DNA of 64,000 nucleotides from Gnetum montanum (GCA_015680685.1 MNCI01001992.1:395077-459076); one strand, 5' to 3'; counted from the stretch's first letter, positions 1-14,194 are shown. Translations and numbers: made by a program. The notes: generated by a model from the letters alone, not told the origin.

Positions 1-3000
1 AACCACAAAAGGTAGAAACAAAAATGTTCAAAAGTACCTATTAATTCCTAAGTTAGGATAAGGCATCTCCCCCATGACTAAACTCATGGACGAGTATTTG
101 GAAGATGAACCATAAGTCTCTTGGATCATACAGTCTAGTTTGCTAACTTATCATCCTTAGTGATTTAGTTTTGCAATTATTATCCCAAGTAATCTCGATG
201 GTAATTCAATTTTGATCATCTAAGTCCTTATTTACTCTTTCTATTGGTGTATGATTATGCTTTAATAGTTTTGTTTGTAAGTTCTCAATTATGGTCATTT
301 TCTTAGAAGAGGAGTTAATAAGTGGATCAAATTGTTCCATACATGTTTTGGATAATTTTAAGTTCTCATTTTGCAGCCATTGGGTGTCTTCTAGTTTAGT
401 GGCCCATGCTCTTTCTTGTTCATACACATGTTTTTTACAATTTGTTGTGGGCTAGTATAATGATTGTGTTGGCATTCTAAAGTGTCGGTCAAAAATTACA
501 TCCTTCTTCATCATTAGTAATGCATGAAATCTGCTGCATATGTATGGCTCAGTGCATGTATTCCTTAGATATTTCTATGAATAAATCTCTCATTCTTAGC
601 TTAGCATCCATAGTTCCAAGCCATGCTCTTCCGATAAGGATTATCAATTCCTTGTCATCATTTTTCACATCGATCACAAGAAATTCTATTCGATAAAACC
701 ACCCATTGTTGGTGGTCACTACATCCTCTATCTATTTCAAAGGAATGGTGATAGATTGATTTACAAGCTCTAACCTTATATTACACTTCTGTAGGGATGA
801 TAGGCTCAATGATTTGTATGTTGCTTGAGAGATCAGATTTACTCTAGAACCTAAGTCTAGCAGAGCCTTGCATGGTACATTTCCAAATACTTGTAAATAA
901 CCCAAAGGAATCCCTAGATCAATTGTTTCTTTGGGAGTGGTCTTACCTTTATCGAGTCTGATGCTATTTCTGTTAGCATGACAGTTGTCATATTGACATT
1001 GGATGATGATGGAAGCTCATTATTTCTTGAAGGGTTGGATGTGAATGGAGCTCAAATAGATGTGCTCCTCATCCTTCAAACACTTTCTAGACTCATTTGT
1101 AAGAATAGCCATTTCCTAGATCATGGCTCATGCATGATTACTTCCTCCTATATGTTGACTATCCTAGTTGCAATTTTCTGTTAGGGTTGTGATGGTAGTT
1201 CTCCCTGCATTACAAGTGGTGTCATTGATGGTAAAGCATTTGGATGTTGACTTAGTGAACCAGCTACTTGTGGATGCATATATGGATTAGAGTCTATCCT
1301 TTGTGGCATAGGTTTGTGGTATTCGAGTGGATAGTATTTTTGAGCTTGAACTACTACATTACCTAGAGAAATTGGACATTAAACATAGTATCCATATGGA
1401 TTTGGTTTCCTATATAAGTACTATTATCATGGTGGTGTCATTGTCCATGATTAGGGTTGCTACCATTGCTGGTGATATTGCTCCTATAGCTATAGATAGG
1501 CTCCACTATGATAGTATGTCCATTGGAAGGCTTTCTGGTAGTTACCTTAAAGGTAAAGTAACCATCTGGGCATTTTCTTCTTGATGAACTTGGGATTATG
1601 TGTATGCCCCTATTTCTTGTAAATGTACCATCACAAAACAACATTCCTTAGGATGTTCATATTGGCATACTACACATTTTTCCTCATCATCAAAGCTCAT
1701 TTCTAACATTCAACCACTGAAGCTACTTTCCCTTTCTATCCAAAGTATCTTTTCATCTTTTTTTCCTTGCCTTTGTTAAAGGCTTGCTAAGTTTGTTCCT
1801 CCATAATCTTCAAAGTTGTTGCAAATTTTTCATGTACTAAATCCCACATATTTTCTACCTTGGCTACAATATCAATCACAAATTTCTAATAGTTAGCATT
1901 TTCTCTTGGATCACCTAGTTCAAGATTTCCTCTTCTTGTGGATCGCATATTCTTACATACCTTTTGCCAATGGATGGATCTCTATGATTCTCTTTTCTTT
2001 AATTCACCTTCTTCCTTTTCCACTTGATCAATAAATCTTTAGATTTAATGAATAGATATCTCTAATAATAAGCCTTAGGCATAAACACCAAGGGTCTCTC
2101 TAGTCTTGTTTCTAAGCCCATTGATAATGTGCCTTAGTTGCTCCCATTGGGAAAATCCATGGCCTGGGCACTTATGTAAAAGTCCATAGTATTGGTCCAT
2201 TACTACATCAAGGGATTCATGGATCCATTTTTTGCATCCTTGGATTTTTTTTCATAGATTTAACACCTACGAATTTTATCATCAAAAAGGTCTAGCATGG
2301 TACTCCATCTCCTGATTAATTTCACTTCTAGTGATCTGTACCAACTTTCAGCCTCTTTCACAAGTATCTTTGGGAACAATTTCAATTTCTACCAATCACT
2401 CTCAATGTTTTGTAGGGTGAAGGCATCATGAAATGCTTGAAGGTGATGTTGTGAATCTGCATTGTATCCACCCTTAAATCTGAGTATGCTATTCATGTCT
2501 AGCCACCTAATATAGTTGTAACTTACATGCATGGTTGGTATGTAGACAAATTCTTGTATATTAATCATACATTGAGTTATCAATAGGGGTTCTTCACATT
2601 CATATGGTTCATCTACTCTATTGTAGTAGTGTCTTCTTTGATTCTCATATCTCTCTCTATTCTCATTCTTATCTCTATTTCTTCTTGTCTCATGCTCTTC
2701 ATATTCTTCATCATAGTGCCTTGGGTGATATTCATTTCAATCATGAATCTAACACCTTTCCATTTCTTGGTCTCTATAATTATATCCCCTTTTATCAAAG
2801 TCCACCAATGATCATGAGGATGAAGATGAAGTTGTGTGAGAATGGCGCTAGCTAGTTCTCCTTCTATGACTTTGATAGCCTTCTCTTGGAAATCTAGTAG
2901 AAACTCTTGGCCTTGAGTCTTACTTGTACTTGGAGTCTATTGCTTCTCTCCTAGGTGTCCCTACCAAGTAAAAATGTAAGTGCACTTTGATAGTTTCTTC

Positions 3001-3604
3001 TAATCAAATTATTTGCATTTGGAAGTGAACTTCATGATCCTGGTGGAGTCTCTCAACGACAAATGCATCTTGATCAAGTTGTTCCAAAAATACTAGAGAG
3101 TTGATATGCTTCCCTTTATTATAAACATGTTTAATTTTGATCACAACATCTCCCCACATTTGCTATTTTGTGGGTTGATAGGGGCTTATCATGTGTTGGG
3201 ACACATGGTACCCTTCTTGTGCATTACTTAGATTTATTTTCCTAAGAACTATTAAAGCATGATGGATGCTCAACACTCTGGAGGGAAAATAATATTTCCC
3301 TTTAGGTCTCTCCACCTTAGCTACCTATCCTAGTAAAAGATGAAGCTAAAATTAGGATAGTAGGGATTAGTATGAGCATATGAGATTCTTTCTTACATTG
3401 GCATACTCCATTCTTCATTGTTATCGATTCTATCATTGCCCCTTTTTACCTCTTTGACAAGTTATGATTGATCTTTTGTTGAAGTCATATTGTAAGTATG
3501 ATGCTTATTAATTGTGTGTGAATTATTTGAAGTTTAGAAATATTAACTTTTGGTTTTTGCTACAATGAACTTTGTTAAATTAATTACTCAACACACATTA
3601 ACTA

Positions 3605-3622
3605 TCCTCGACAACGACACCA
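3605..3622 (-). promoter_or_regulatory. Primer-binding site, tRNA-Asp type (Athila), deaminated
   Basis: Minus strand reads TGGTGTCGTTGTCGAGGA 1 nt after the LTR end ...CCACTCATCA. This matches the Athila PBS TGGCGCCGTTGCCGGGGA with only C>T/G>A changes. Confidence 0.85.
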
Positions 3623-3623
3623 A

Positions 3624-3999
3624 TGATGAGTGGTGGAGCAATCCAACACCCAACCATACAAGTTACAAGTGTTCACATGTAAACCAATCATAATCCATGC
3701 ATGGACAGTGTTGATATGCTGGTAATTGAGTTAAGCTCGTGATCGCTATCTTCCCACTTAAGCTAGTAAAGTCTAAGTATATGGATTAGCTAGCAGTGAG
3801 GCATATGATAGTTGATGTTGATCAGCCACTAATACTCCTATGTGTAGACATGATAGAGATGAAAGTAGGTACTAAGTCTAAGTAAGAATGAGTAAGTAAA
3901 CCTATTCTATCCTATGGCAATGGATAACCATTTCTAATTTACTGACCATGTCTTAGGCTCATGTAATCATCACTAGAATTACCAAGTATCATGCTACTA
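3624..3999 (-). repeat. Athila-like 5' LTR, U5 portion only (truncated)
   Basis: Colinear and highly similar to 39304..39678; the first 43 nt are identical. It abuts the PBS and is fused at ~3999 to chromovirus integrase sequence. Confidence 0.85.
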
Positions 4000-6211
4000 T
4001 GCACATTGGATCTTGTGAGTAGACACTATTTTTAGCCTAGTATGCCAACTAAAGTTTCCATATTTATGAAGGATTAGTTTACTTATTAGAATTTCAAAGA
4101 AGTTAAAGAAGTGAATGGACATTATATGCTTTGCCAATTCCTAAGGATCCATGGAAAAGTGTGTCTATGAATTTTGTGAAAGGTATTTCAAAAACCAAAA
4201 GTAGGAATGATACAATTTTTATGGTTATCGATAGGTTCTTCAAGATGACACATTTCATTCTATGAAAGAAGGTAAGTGATTCTTCTCATGTGGAAAATTT
4301 GTATTTTAAGCATATTAATAAGTTAAATTGAATTCCTTTTAATAATATTAGTTGTAAAAACTCTAAGTTTACAAGTCACTTTTGGAGGTTCCTTTAAAAA
4401 ATTTTAGGAACAAAATTGAATTTGTCTAGTGCATATCATCTACAATCTAATGGCTGAACAAAGGTGGAGAATAAATCCTTGCTAAACATATTAACATGTT
4501 TGTGTGATGGATAGCCAAATAGATGGGAAAACTTGTTGTATCATGTTGAGTTTTCTTACAATGATGCTTTTCATATTGCTATCGATGAAAACCCATTTAA
4601 GGTGAACTATGGATTTTATCTAAAGATGGTGAATACTTTGAAGAGCTTTGATGATGTAGCTCAATTTAGTGTTGATTTTTTGCAAGAGATAAGGGATCTC
4701 CATGCACAAGTAAAATGAAATTTAGAGAAAAATGCTAAAGAGAGAGTCCTTAAGAGCAATGAGAGCAAACAGAAGTCTAATTTTTTTATTGGTGACTTGG
4801 TTCGGGTGCACTTGAAGAATAAATAGTTAGGACGTATTAATGTCTCCAAGTTGAAAGCCAAGTAGATGGGGCCTTTAAAAATCAAGGCTAAGATTAATTA
4901 TAATACTATTGAGATTGACTTACCTAACAATGTTTGTATGTCTTTTGTATTTAATGTTTCAGATCCTGTGCACTATCATTGAGTAGTTAATGAGAAGACC
5001 ATAGAGGGTAGCATTAATAAGTTGAAGAGGGCTATTGATCAATCCAAGTCTTCAATGGAGAAGAATGGAATTATACTCAAGTAGAGAAAAGCTTCTAACA
5101 CTCAAGAAGTGAAAAGGCATGAGTATTTGATTCATTGGAAGGATCAATCTATTGATGATGTTGTATGGGTCCATGAGACAAAACTTATTAAGTGGGTGAT
5201 CATTTATATTCCTACTCCTTTGTTCACATGAGTTCAATTTTTTTGAAGTGTGAGAAAGCTAGTGTATGGACACCTCTTTTGATTTCCTTTTTCATCCCAA
5301 AAAGTTGTTGATTTATATGTTCAAGAATCTAGGGAGACTTTTATTACTCTAGTAGTGACATATTAGGGGAGACTTCTCTTACTATTGTAGAGACATCTCA
5401 AGGGACACATTTGTTATTGTAGAAAAGACATCTTGGGAAAGACATATCTTACTATAGTAGAGACCATCTCTAGGTAGAAATATTACCCATGGAGGAGACA
5501 TCTTGCTAACATAGAATATGTATCTCCTACAAGTTGGATTTTAACAAGAGATGTCTTGCCAAGCCCAAAGATGACCTGCACAACTGAGGAAACTTTCAAA
5601 ATTGTCCATCACAATTTGGAAAACAGCTGAGGTATGTTGAAAAAGGATGGAAATATCCAAGGAGAATGTGAGAAGACCATGGAAACAATTGAAGAACCTC
5701 AGGTTAAGTTGAGGAAAGGTTTCAAAATTTCTTATTTCTTTATTATTCATAAATATTGATGTAATTTACAATTGTTCATATCATGAGTGAGAAAGAAAGT
5801 TCTTAGGTGTAGAGAGCTTAGCAAGAGAGGGTGTGAGAGCACATTAAGTAAGTACAATTAGTAATTATATCTCCAAGGTTAATTATATGGTATGTTAATT
5901 TGTGTGTTCTATTCTCTTATGTCTTACTTGTGAGTTGATATCTCAGTTCTGGGTTATGAGAGATTTTCTATTAGTTGTATCTTCTAGTAAGAACAACGAT
6001 TGTGTGATTGTAGAGCCTCATGTTCTATAATATTATTTGACTGATTGAGAGGGTTTGGGTGCTTGTGAGTTTTGAGAATCCTATTGTGATCTTCTAATTG
6101 AATAATTGAAGATAGCTACTTTTCTTGTTTTCTAACAAATTAATTATCCTTTTATAAGATCTTGATTTAGTATTTGAAAATGATTAATTCTTGGAGTGAA
6201 CCTACTCCACA
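4000..6211 (+). mobile_element. Chromovirus (Ty3/gypsy) 3' half: degenerate integrase, chromodomain, PPT and 3' LTR
   Basis: Translated motifs PIPKDPWKSVSMNFV, MVIDRFFKMTHFI, SAYHLQSNG, VEFSYN (ORF 4533..4718) and GPLKI. Chromodomain EYLIHWKDQSIDDVVWVHE at ~5120-5180. Confidence 0.85.
5260..6211 (+). repeat. Chromovirus 3' LTR with ~31-bp GAGACTTCTCTTACTATAGTAGAGACATCTC-type tandem units
   Basis: Colinear with 34940..35916 over ~900 bp and follows a purine-rich tract after the chromodomain. Ends approximate. Confidence 0.75.
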
Positions 6212-6280
6212 TGCTATATCTTGCATTCCTAGTTATAAATTGATTCTATATTATCTTAAGAATAAAATTTCTTACACCCA

Positions 6281-6400
6281 AGGGTGTAGTGTAGTAGCCA
6301 AGAAACTTATCCTCTAGTTGGGAGGTTGTGAGTTCAATTCCTACCTCCTTTATGGATGAGGGGGATGTACTACCAATCCTTATGCATGTTTATAAAAAAA
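6281..6400 (+). mobile_element. tRNA-derived SINE-like element (degenerate)
   Basis: Box A-like TAGTGTAGTAG (6287-6297), box B-like GAGTTCAATTCC (6330-6341) and a short A tail at 6394-6400. Confidence 0.55.
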
Positions 6401-6949
6401 TATAGATCTCTTATTTTCTAGATTTGTATATGACTCTTAATTACAACATCTTGACATGCTTGAGCTATAGCCTTGTATGCTTTTAAAATCTAATAAAAAG
6501 TTGTATAATTTTATACATTTTTTCTTTCTCTACTAATAATGCGATGTTAACTTAGTGAGGTTTGATGCCAATGAGCATTTCTAAGTTATGTTCAAAAAAA
6601 TTCCACAATAGGAATTTGAAAGTAATGTGATAGATCAAAGAGTATCTCAATTGATATACATAAAAATTTATTTTTAATTTAAATATTTATTTGATTCATA
6701 AGCCCTCAATATTTTGGTTTTGAATCATGTCTTTAGATATGTTTAAAAGAAAAGAGTTTCTTTAAAATTTTATCTTGAATGTATTATTAGTTTTTAAAAG
6801 TAGTTTTAATTTTGTGTTGGATTAATAAATTTTCACTAATAAATACAAGATTTAATTCTCTTGTTTATTCTAATATTTTTAAATATTATTAATTACTAGC
6901 TTTTCATTTAAATCTAGATTATTTAAGATTGCTTAAATCATGCTTTATT

Positions 6950-9900
6950 AGGATGTATTTATAGTTAGATCCAAAAAGTTAAATATGTTAAAAATAAAAA
7001 TTCAAAGTACAAAAGTAAAAAAGCACTATAGAAACGAGAAACTCCAAAACTAAAAAATGGAAAGATCTAATGGTTTTGTGGATGCCTTTTTATGTTTTCA
7101 TTCTTACAACTAATCTTGAAAAGCCTTCCCTCTAGGGTAGGAAAAGGATCAAACTTTACCCTCAATTAGAAGTATCTAATTGGGTTTTCACTTTCTACGA
7201 AAGGCTTCTTGTTAATAAACAAGAAAATATAAAGAAAAAACCATTTAAGAATTCAGCTGAAGAATCATTTGTTGAATGATGTTACCTTGAATTGACATGG
7301 GAAGAAAATCCTCTCAAGAATCTCTATGAAAAACTACATTACATCAAAACTTCTAGATGGCATAAAGAATAATTGAACAAAAATAACTCCAAGAATGAAG
7401 AAAAAATCCTTAAAGTTGAGGGGTTTTACCAAATAAAAATTCATCTAAGCTTAATAGAAAACTATGTAAATACCTACTATACCAAGTCCAAAGGCTATAA
7501 GCAGGGGATCAAGTGAAAAAACAATGGATGAATGTATCTTCCATGTTGTAGAAAAGACATATTAAATCAAGGAAAACCAAATGAGAGCACCAAATACCAA
7601 TAGGAAAACCTTGATGAATCAAATACCATTAAAATATCTAAATTTTGAAGGGGTAGTGACATTCCATATCTTCTAAGTTTGCTACTTTCATAATTGCACA
7701 TTTTGATTAACTTTCCATAGATAATTGAATCTTGGTAAAATATGAGTATTAGAATTGATAAAAGTAGACACAATCTTGAACTAATACAAAAAAAACATGA
7801 TGACCATTAATCAAAGAAAAATCATGAAAACCATTATGAGAATCTTGAATAGTTATACTTCAATCTAAACTATCCAAAAGGTTAAAAAATAGACTTTTAA
7901 GAAACATTAATGTCATAAAAACTCTAACCCTTAGAGCAGGTAATCCATTGATTATTCATGCGAAGAGATAAAAAGGAGGAAATATCAAGCTTACACCATG
8001 TACCACAAAGGTATGGATGCTTAATAGCCCATGGTTTATGATTATTTGGAAGCCACTAAGGAAAAATCTTATTAAGAATAGAGGTAGAAATAGTAATATT
8101 ATTGAAGTTTCAAAAATCAATGATAAAATTCCAAGCCTTCCAAATGTGCTTTATGATAATAGAATTTGATATACTAATACCTTTTGGAAAAATAAACAAA
8201 TTAAAAAATCATAATCATTTTAGTAATCAACACCCTTAAGCTTATCCATCTGGATGCACTTATGAAAAAAAGAAGCTTCCAAGACTCTCTACCATATAAG
8301 GATTTTACCCCTACTTGGCACATAAAGAAATGCCTTATAATAATTCACCAATCCTAATACATCATCCTCTTTGTGAGAAGTGTAAATTTCTTAAACAACA
8401 CAAAAACAAAAATATTTTTTTAGATTGCTACTACTTCAAAAGAAATTTTGCACAAGTTGATCAATGCAATGATATGAAAAAATACAAAGAGCCCAACATG
8501 ATGAGTAATACACATGAATAGCTTGAATGATATGATTTCAAATAATAAACTTACTAACCATTAGAAAATTCTTCTTCTACTACTTAATAATTTTTTGTTT
8601 AATTTTCTTCATTATAATATTTTATGAAGTTCTTAAAAATCTAGCAAAGAAATAAGAAATACCTAATAATTTAAAAACATATGACTTTGTAGAAAATAAC
8701 AAGATTTAAACAAATCCCATTCTTAAAACTCCTTATTTCAAAAAAGTAAAATATTTTAACCATTTAATCTAAGAGGTTGAATGTTACAATATTGATCAAC
8801 ATGGTAAAAAAAAATCTAAAATATCTTTGTTATTTTTTATCATAAAAAATGAGTCGTCTACAAAATTCATAGTTAATAAAGTAAGAAGATTACTTTTAAT
8901 AATGATTTCTTATAACAAATTATATCCTTATTCTTCTCTATACCATGACAAAGAAAATCTATAGGAATGATGAAGAGATAAACAGCAAGAGGTTAACCAT
9001 ACCTAATTGAGCATTCAAGATTAAAACTATTAGTAATGATAACATTTATAGCCATGAGTGTATTAGAATTTGCAAAAAGAGTTTCACCATCCTAATAAAT
9101 TTTTCTTGAAAATCATATTTTCAAATACAAGCAATAATAAACTAGCATTCAATTTTATCATATGTTTTAGCATAATCAAGCTTTAAAAGAGTTGTGTCTT
9201 GATTGGAATACTTAGCCCACTACATATCCTCCCAAGCTGCAACAACATTGTCTAGAATATATCTATCTTTAAGAAAGCCAATTTGCACTAGCGTAATTAA
9301 CCAAGGAATAATTGATTTTAATCTTTTGTTAAGAAATTTTAAGAAATTTATAAGAGTAATAAGGCACCAATTACCAATGTGGGAAAGATCACCTTAGAAA
9401 TAAGTTTGATAACTCCTCTATTCAACTCTTGACTAAGTAAACGTAAAGTCTATACCAATAATATCTCAATGATTTTTTAAAAATTCAATGGGAATTCTAT
9501 CAAAACCTATAGCTTTATTATTGGCCAAGCTAAACACTACATACTTAATTTTAGTAAAAGAGATATCTTGTTTAAGAAGATCGTTGTGATTGCTATGAAT
9601 AATATTATGCAAATGATCATAATTAGAAACAAAATCCTCATGATCAAACCCCCTAAAATAAATTTACATTAAAAATTTCTTCCAAGAAAAGCATTGATAA
9701 TAAAAGGGTTATAACTAATTTGACTATTAGCTTCTATGAAGTCAATAATAGGTAACCTACCTTTATCTTTTAACAATTTAGAAAAATATTGTACATGGTT
9801 CTCCCTCAGCTTTTAAACAATTAAGATGACTCTTGATGAGAGCACTTTTAGCATTATGGATATCTCATTTTTGTTTGACTAAGAAAACATGAGCAAGTTA

Positions 9901-10900
9901 TTATTGAAGAATAAAATTAAAAAGATCATTTTTTAGTGCAATGTTGATCTATTGACTTTCATCACAATTTTTTTCCCTTTGTCTCTTCACATATTTCTTA
10001 CCCAACCAACAAGTAAAATTTCAAACATAATATATACGACACAACTACCAATTAATCCAACTTGATTCATTGAGGAGTCTTATTTTTTCATTCCATAGAG
10101 ATGTCAAAATACCTTTTCTATAAAAAGCAAGAAATAAATATTTATTCATATGGAAAAGCTCATAATCTTGAAACACAACACCATTAATATAAGTTCAAGA
10201 TGAGTACAAAAAGTGGAAATAAATTCTCTCATAGATAAATTAGAAAGTAATATTTTTCTCTCTTTGTCATTTTGATATTTTAATAATAAAAATAATAAAA
10301 ATGAAATTATGTTATGCCTCACTCATACTTAACCATATCAACTAAGCTAACATAAGTGATGATTAAGAAGATAATAATACATCCAATGCTTAGTTATTTA
10401 AAATATTATTAGTCCCAAGATCCATGTAATTTGATGGATCATGCATACATACTTATGATTCATATGGTTGGGTGTAGGGAACACTCACCACTCATCAACA
10501 TCCAAATCTCAATCTTTTCAAACTAGATTTAAATGACTTAAAAAACTTAAGGAACAAGGTAAATAGCCTAGAATTTCTATGAAAACATACCTTCCAAAAA
10601 GTCCTTGAGTAATAGATTCATATAAATCATCAAAAAAAATTTAGAATGTCAAAGAAGTGATGGTTCAACTTGAAGGATTGCCTATTAGATATAACAACAT
10701 TGCATGTAATATCAATAGAATAGTATAAGATTGACAAAACTTCAAATGCTTGGCTTGTAGAAGAAAATTTTTCTATTTTCATCACTTCCCAACTCCACTA
10801 AAAGATCAATATTTGCCTTCCCTAGTAGTGCTCATTTTGATCATGGCACAACACTAAGAATCTCAAGGCAAAGATGAAGTCAATTAATTTTGGATTTTAG
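6950..10900 (-). mobile_element. Degenerate L1-clade LINE ORF2 (endonuclease-reverse transcriptase), interrupted by an LTR fragment
   Basis: Minus-strand RT motifs occur in the correct order: KAIGFDRIPIEFFK (~9480-9520, cf. KAPGPDG), LKLDYAKTYDKIE (~9145-9190), SIRYG*PLAVYLF (~8975-9015, cf. RQGCPL), FVDDS (~8851-8865, cf. FADD). Outer boundaries approximate. Confidence 0.8.
10240..10497 (+). repeat. Athila-like LTR 3' (U5) fragment inserted in the LINE
   Basis: Ends CATATGGTTGGGTGTAGGGAACACTCACCACTCATCA, the same terminus as the LTRs at 29752 and 33908 and (reverse) 11363. Confidence 0.7.
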
Positions 10901-11362
10901 CATCCAAATATTTGAAATTTTTAATAAAATAATATATTGATGATTGTGTTTGTTTAGGTGTCATTCTTGCATTTGAAGTGTCTTAAACCTATTTTAAATT
11001 ATGATCATTACATAACCTAACTTTCTAAACTTAATACAAAAATTTTGTTATTTTTCAAACCTAACCAACTTTCTAAACTGAATAAAACTATTTTGTTATT
11101 TTCATAATGTAGATGAAATTAAAGCTTTAATTTGATACAAAAATAAATGTTTTAAGGAAGATATGATTCATTCAATTTTTTATTTTTTAGTAAAACCAAG
11201 CTTGATTTCAATTTTCGTCCATATTTGCAACCCCTAAGTTGAAATCTCAAATCTAGAATAATTTATTATCTTTAAAAGTTATTTTTGAATGTAAAATTTT
11301 CATAACTTTTTCTCTATCTTGTGGTTTAGAATTTTATAGTTTGTATAATTTTGTATCCTTAG

Positions 11363-12292
11363 TGATGAGTGGTGAGGTACCCCTATGCTCAACCATACGA
11401 ATACGAGCGTTTCACACATGATCCGATTAAATTCCAAGGACTAAGTACTTATGCGCCCTTGTGGAACAAGGATGGGTTGATTGATTGTTGTCTTTCCAAA
11501 CTTACTTGTATGTCATGATTGTATGGTTAAGTAAGCTTGAGGCATATGATTTTTATATCTTTTATATTTTTATCTCCTGTGCTAATAGGGAAAGAGAGAG
11601 ATAACTAGGTGACTAATTTAACTTAACTACTCATTAACAAAGTTCTAACTAATCCTAACACAAGCATCCATTCCCACTTGCCGCACACATCCTGAACTAG
11701 TGCAACACTACTCGGATTACCAAATGCTAATCGTAACTAGGTTACCAAGCATTACATGCATGCTTGCTTAATTGATCAAAATGAATTGTTGTGCTAATAA
11801 CAAAAATGTAAAGTGCATAAAATAAAATAAATTCATAACGGAATAAAATAAAATAAATTCGTAAGAAAATAAATCTCAAGTGCTGCAAGGATGAATCAAA
11901 GAGCTCATCTTTATTACCGTACACAAGGTGTGCTCAGGTACATAATGCTTGAATAAAGATCCATCCACACTTAGACCTCCTGTTGTGGGCACTTGGAAAA
12001 TACTCTAACTTTCAAACAGACTACAATAGTTTTGCTACTTGATTGCTGAAAGACTTCCTCCTAATTTTGCACCTAGGCATTGTATTTATAGGCTTGGGAG
12101 TAACTACTCTAATAATTAGAGTAACCGCTCTAATAATTAAAGTAACTGCTAAAGCAACCACTAGAGTAACCACTCTAATAATTAGAATAACTGCTAAAGC
12201 AACCGCTAGAGTAATCACTTTAATAATTAAAATAACTACTACAAGAAGCACTCTAATAATTAGAGTAACTGTTAGAGTAACCACTCTCATCA
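11363..12292 (-). repeat. Athila-like 3' LTR (930 bp)
   Basis: TGAT...ATCA termini, PPT immediately adjacent, minus-strand TATA (CTATAAATA) at 12083-12091. Confidence 0.85.
12098..12288. repeat. Tandem array of 12-nt TAGAGTAACCRC cores with optional 9-nt TCTAATAAT spacers, inside the LTR U3
   Basis: Directly visible repeat. Unit lengths of 12 and 21 nt produce the spurious low-complexity ORFs 12021..12293 and 12043..12303. Confidence 0.9.
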
Positions 12293-13909
12293 TACCCCCA
12301 TGATTGAATGAAAAATGTTCCTTGAGTATAAAAGAAAAAAAATAAGTTCTTTACAAAATATTGGAAAGGTATGGGATTATTGACCAACTGACAACTAACA
12401 GTGGAATGGGATGACAAACTCAACATGCCCAATGAGTGGATCAATAAGCATATTACAACATTAGTGTTTCATGACCATTGTGGTGAACACTCGTACATAA
12501 ATGACATCCAAGCCTTCACTTGGTAGCTTATAGAGAAAGACAGAGAAACAAAATAAAGCATGTTGCCACCAATGCTCAAATTGCACCTTCCATTTTTTAT
12601 CCATAGCCATGCCACCAGACCTGCTCCTTTCATAAATGCTCCAATTTCGGTCCATCTTGAGTGCTTCCTCCAAGCCTAGTCACAAATGAGCAAGGATAGA
12701 TAAACCACAATGCAATTGATACCTTGCCTCAATATGAAGTGCATTAGCTAAGTTGTGGTTATGGAAGAAACTAGTTTGAAGATTTATCATAGGTGATTGC
12801 CCAAGGTGTAGGGGTTTGGAAAATAGTAAAATGAAGAAAATTGAAAAATTTGTGCCAGGGCCCCCATGACTAAGAACAAACCTCCAGTAGCTATAAGATG
12901 GAAAAATATGAGGAACAAGAAAGATGGGAAAAAATAACAATGGTAATGCCAATAAAATGGATGTCATGGATGGGGATGAAATAAGAAATGATTGATTGCA
13001 GGAAATGTTTAAGAAAAACAACTTAACAATTGCACCAAAAAGGAATGCCAATGGGTCCTCCCCAAAGTAGGCTCATGCCTTTTATGCCCTAACAAACCCA
13101 CAAACCAAGAGTTCGTAGGCTCTAGGAATGTCATTTGGAAGCAAGAGTTAAAAAATTACGCACAAGAATTCACCAAAGAAAAAAAATGCATCAACCCAAA
13201 ACGAACTAATGATAAAACCAACAATGATGTGGAAAATGGGAAGAAAGATGGAGAGGAGAGAATGGAATGGAATCCCAAGAACAAGGTTGTGTAAAGCCCC
13301 TTGTGTATTTCATGGTTAAGATAACTAAGTAGAAATTCATCCCAAATCCAGACTCAAACAAACCATATTCAGTGACCTCACATCAATACACCTAGCCAAT
13401 CCATCCTCTTGAAACAACAAGAATGCCTTCACAAAGAGTGATCACTATCCCAAGGAGAGCGAGATGGAGAAGCAGGAAGTGAGAAATGGCCTTAGGTAGA
13501 GGGAACCTTCAGGGATGGGTAACATGTATTTCCAGTTTCATAACCAATTCTTGTAGCCCATATTGCTTTATTATGTCTAAGGGGTGTGCTTTGAATTCTC
13601 ACATTTTTGTCCTTTTTTTCTTTTGCATGAGAACCACACCATGCAAAGACTTATTTTTATTCACTCAGCTTCTTGATATTTGAAAAATGTTAGAATGGCA
13701 GAAAACCCAAGAAAAAGCATCCAAGCACCCAAGAGAATGGCCAGCAAAAATGCATTGAATTCCCTTAAAGTCACACCTTTTTCATCATTTGAGTCTTTCC
13801 TTGGTTTGAAAAGTACCTAGCCACCAATTCATTAATAAATTTACTTAGAAAAAGAAGACTGTATAGTTCCAAGCCAAAGGAGACCATAGAGTTATATGGA
13901 TGAGTCGAC

Positions 13910-14194
13910 GGCGTGGACTCATTGCCTATTTTATCAAAAGAACCATACCTTAATATTAGCATCATAATTCAAAGGTAAAACCAAAACATTAGCAATCAAT
14001 ATGATATAATGCAATCCATCATCATGAGCACTTATTGGATGATGAATAAAANGGCGTGGACTCATTGCCTATTTTATCAAAAGAACCATACCTTAATATT
14101 AGCATCATAATTCAAAGGTAAAACCAAAACATTAGCAATCAATATGATATAATGCAATCCATCATCATGAGCACTTATTGGATGATGAATAAAA
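13910..14194. other. Assembly gap (single N at 14052) flanked by an exact 142-bp direct duplication
   Basis: 13910..14051 is identical to 14053..14194, typical of an unmerged contig overlap. Confidence 0.9.

Larger units (their letters stand above)
1..3999 (-). mobile_element. Athila-like Ty3/gypsy LTR retrotransposon remnant: truncated 5' LTR, PBS, degenerate gag and aspartic protease; RT/RH/INT missing; runs off the left edge
   Basis: Minus-strand gag (ORF 2389..2583 WLDMNSILRFKGGYNADSQHHLQAFHD) is homologous to the gag at ~18700-19200. Protease region at ~600-950 (ALLDLGSRVNLI, LIGRAWLGTMD). The pol-terminal SHGG/CATGGGGGAG motif is already reached at ~65-85. PBS and LTR end are at 3605-3633. 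Confidence 0.85.

Noticed and set aside
2604-2855. Cluster of short His/Ile/Met-rich ORFs
   Set aside because: Alternative frames over the low-complexity R/D/E/H-rich N-terminus of a decayed gag.
6281-6350. Functional tRNA genes here and at 62763 and 34040
   Set aside because: Only box A/B remnants; no acceptor or anticodon stems could be folded.
12021-12303. Overlapping 86-90 aa ORFs on both strands
   Set aside because: Artefacts of a 12/21-nt tandem array inside an LTR.
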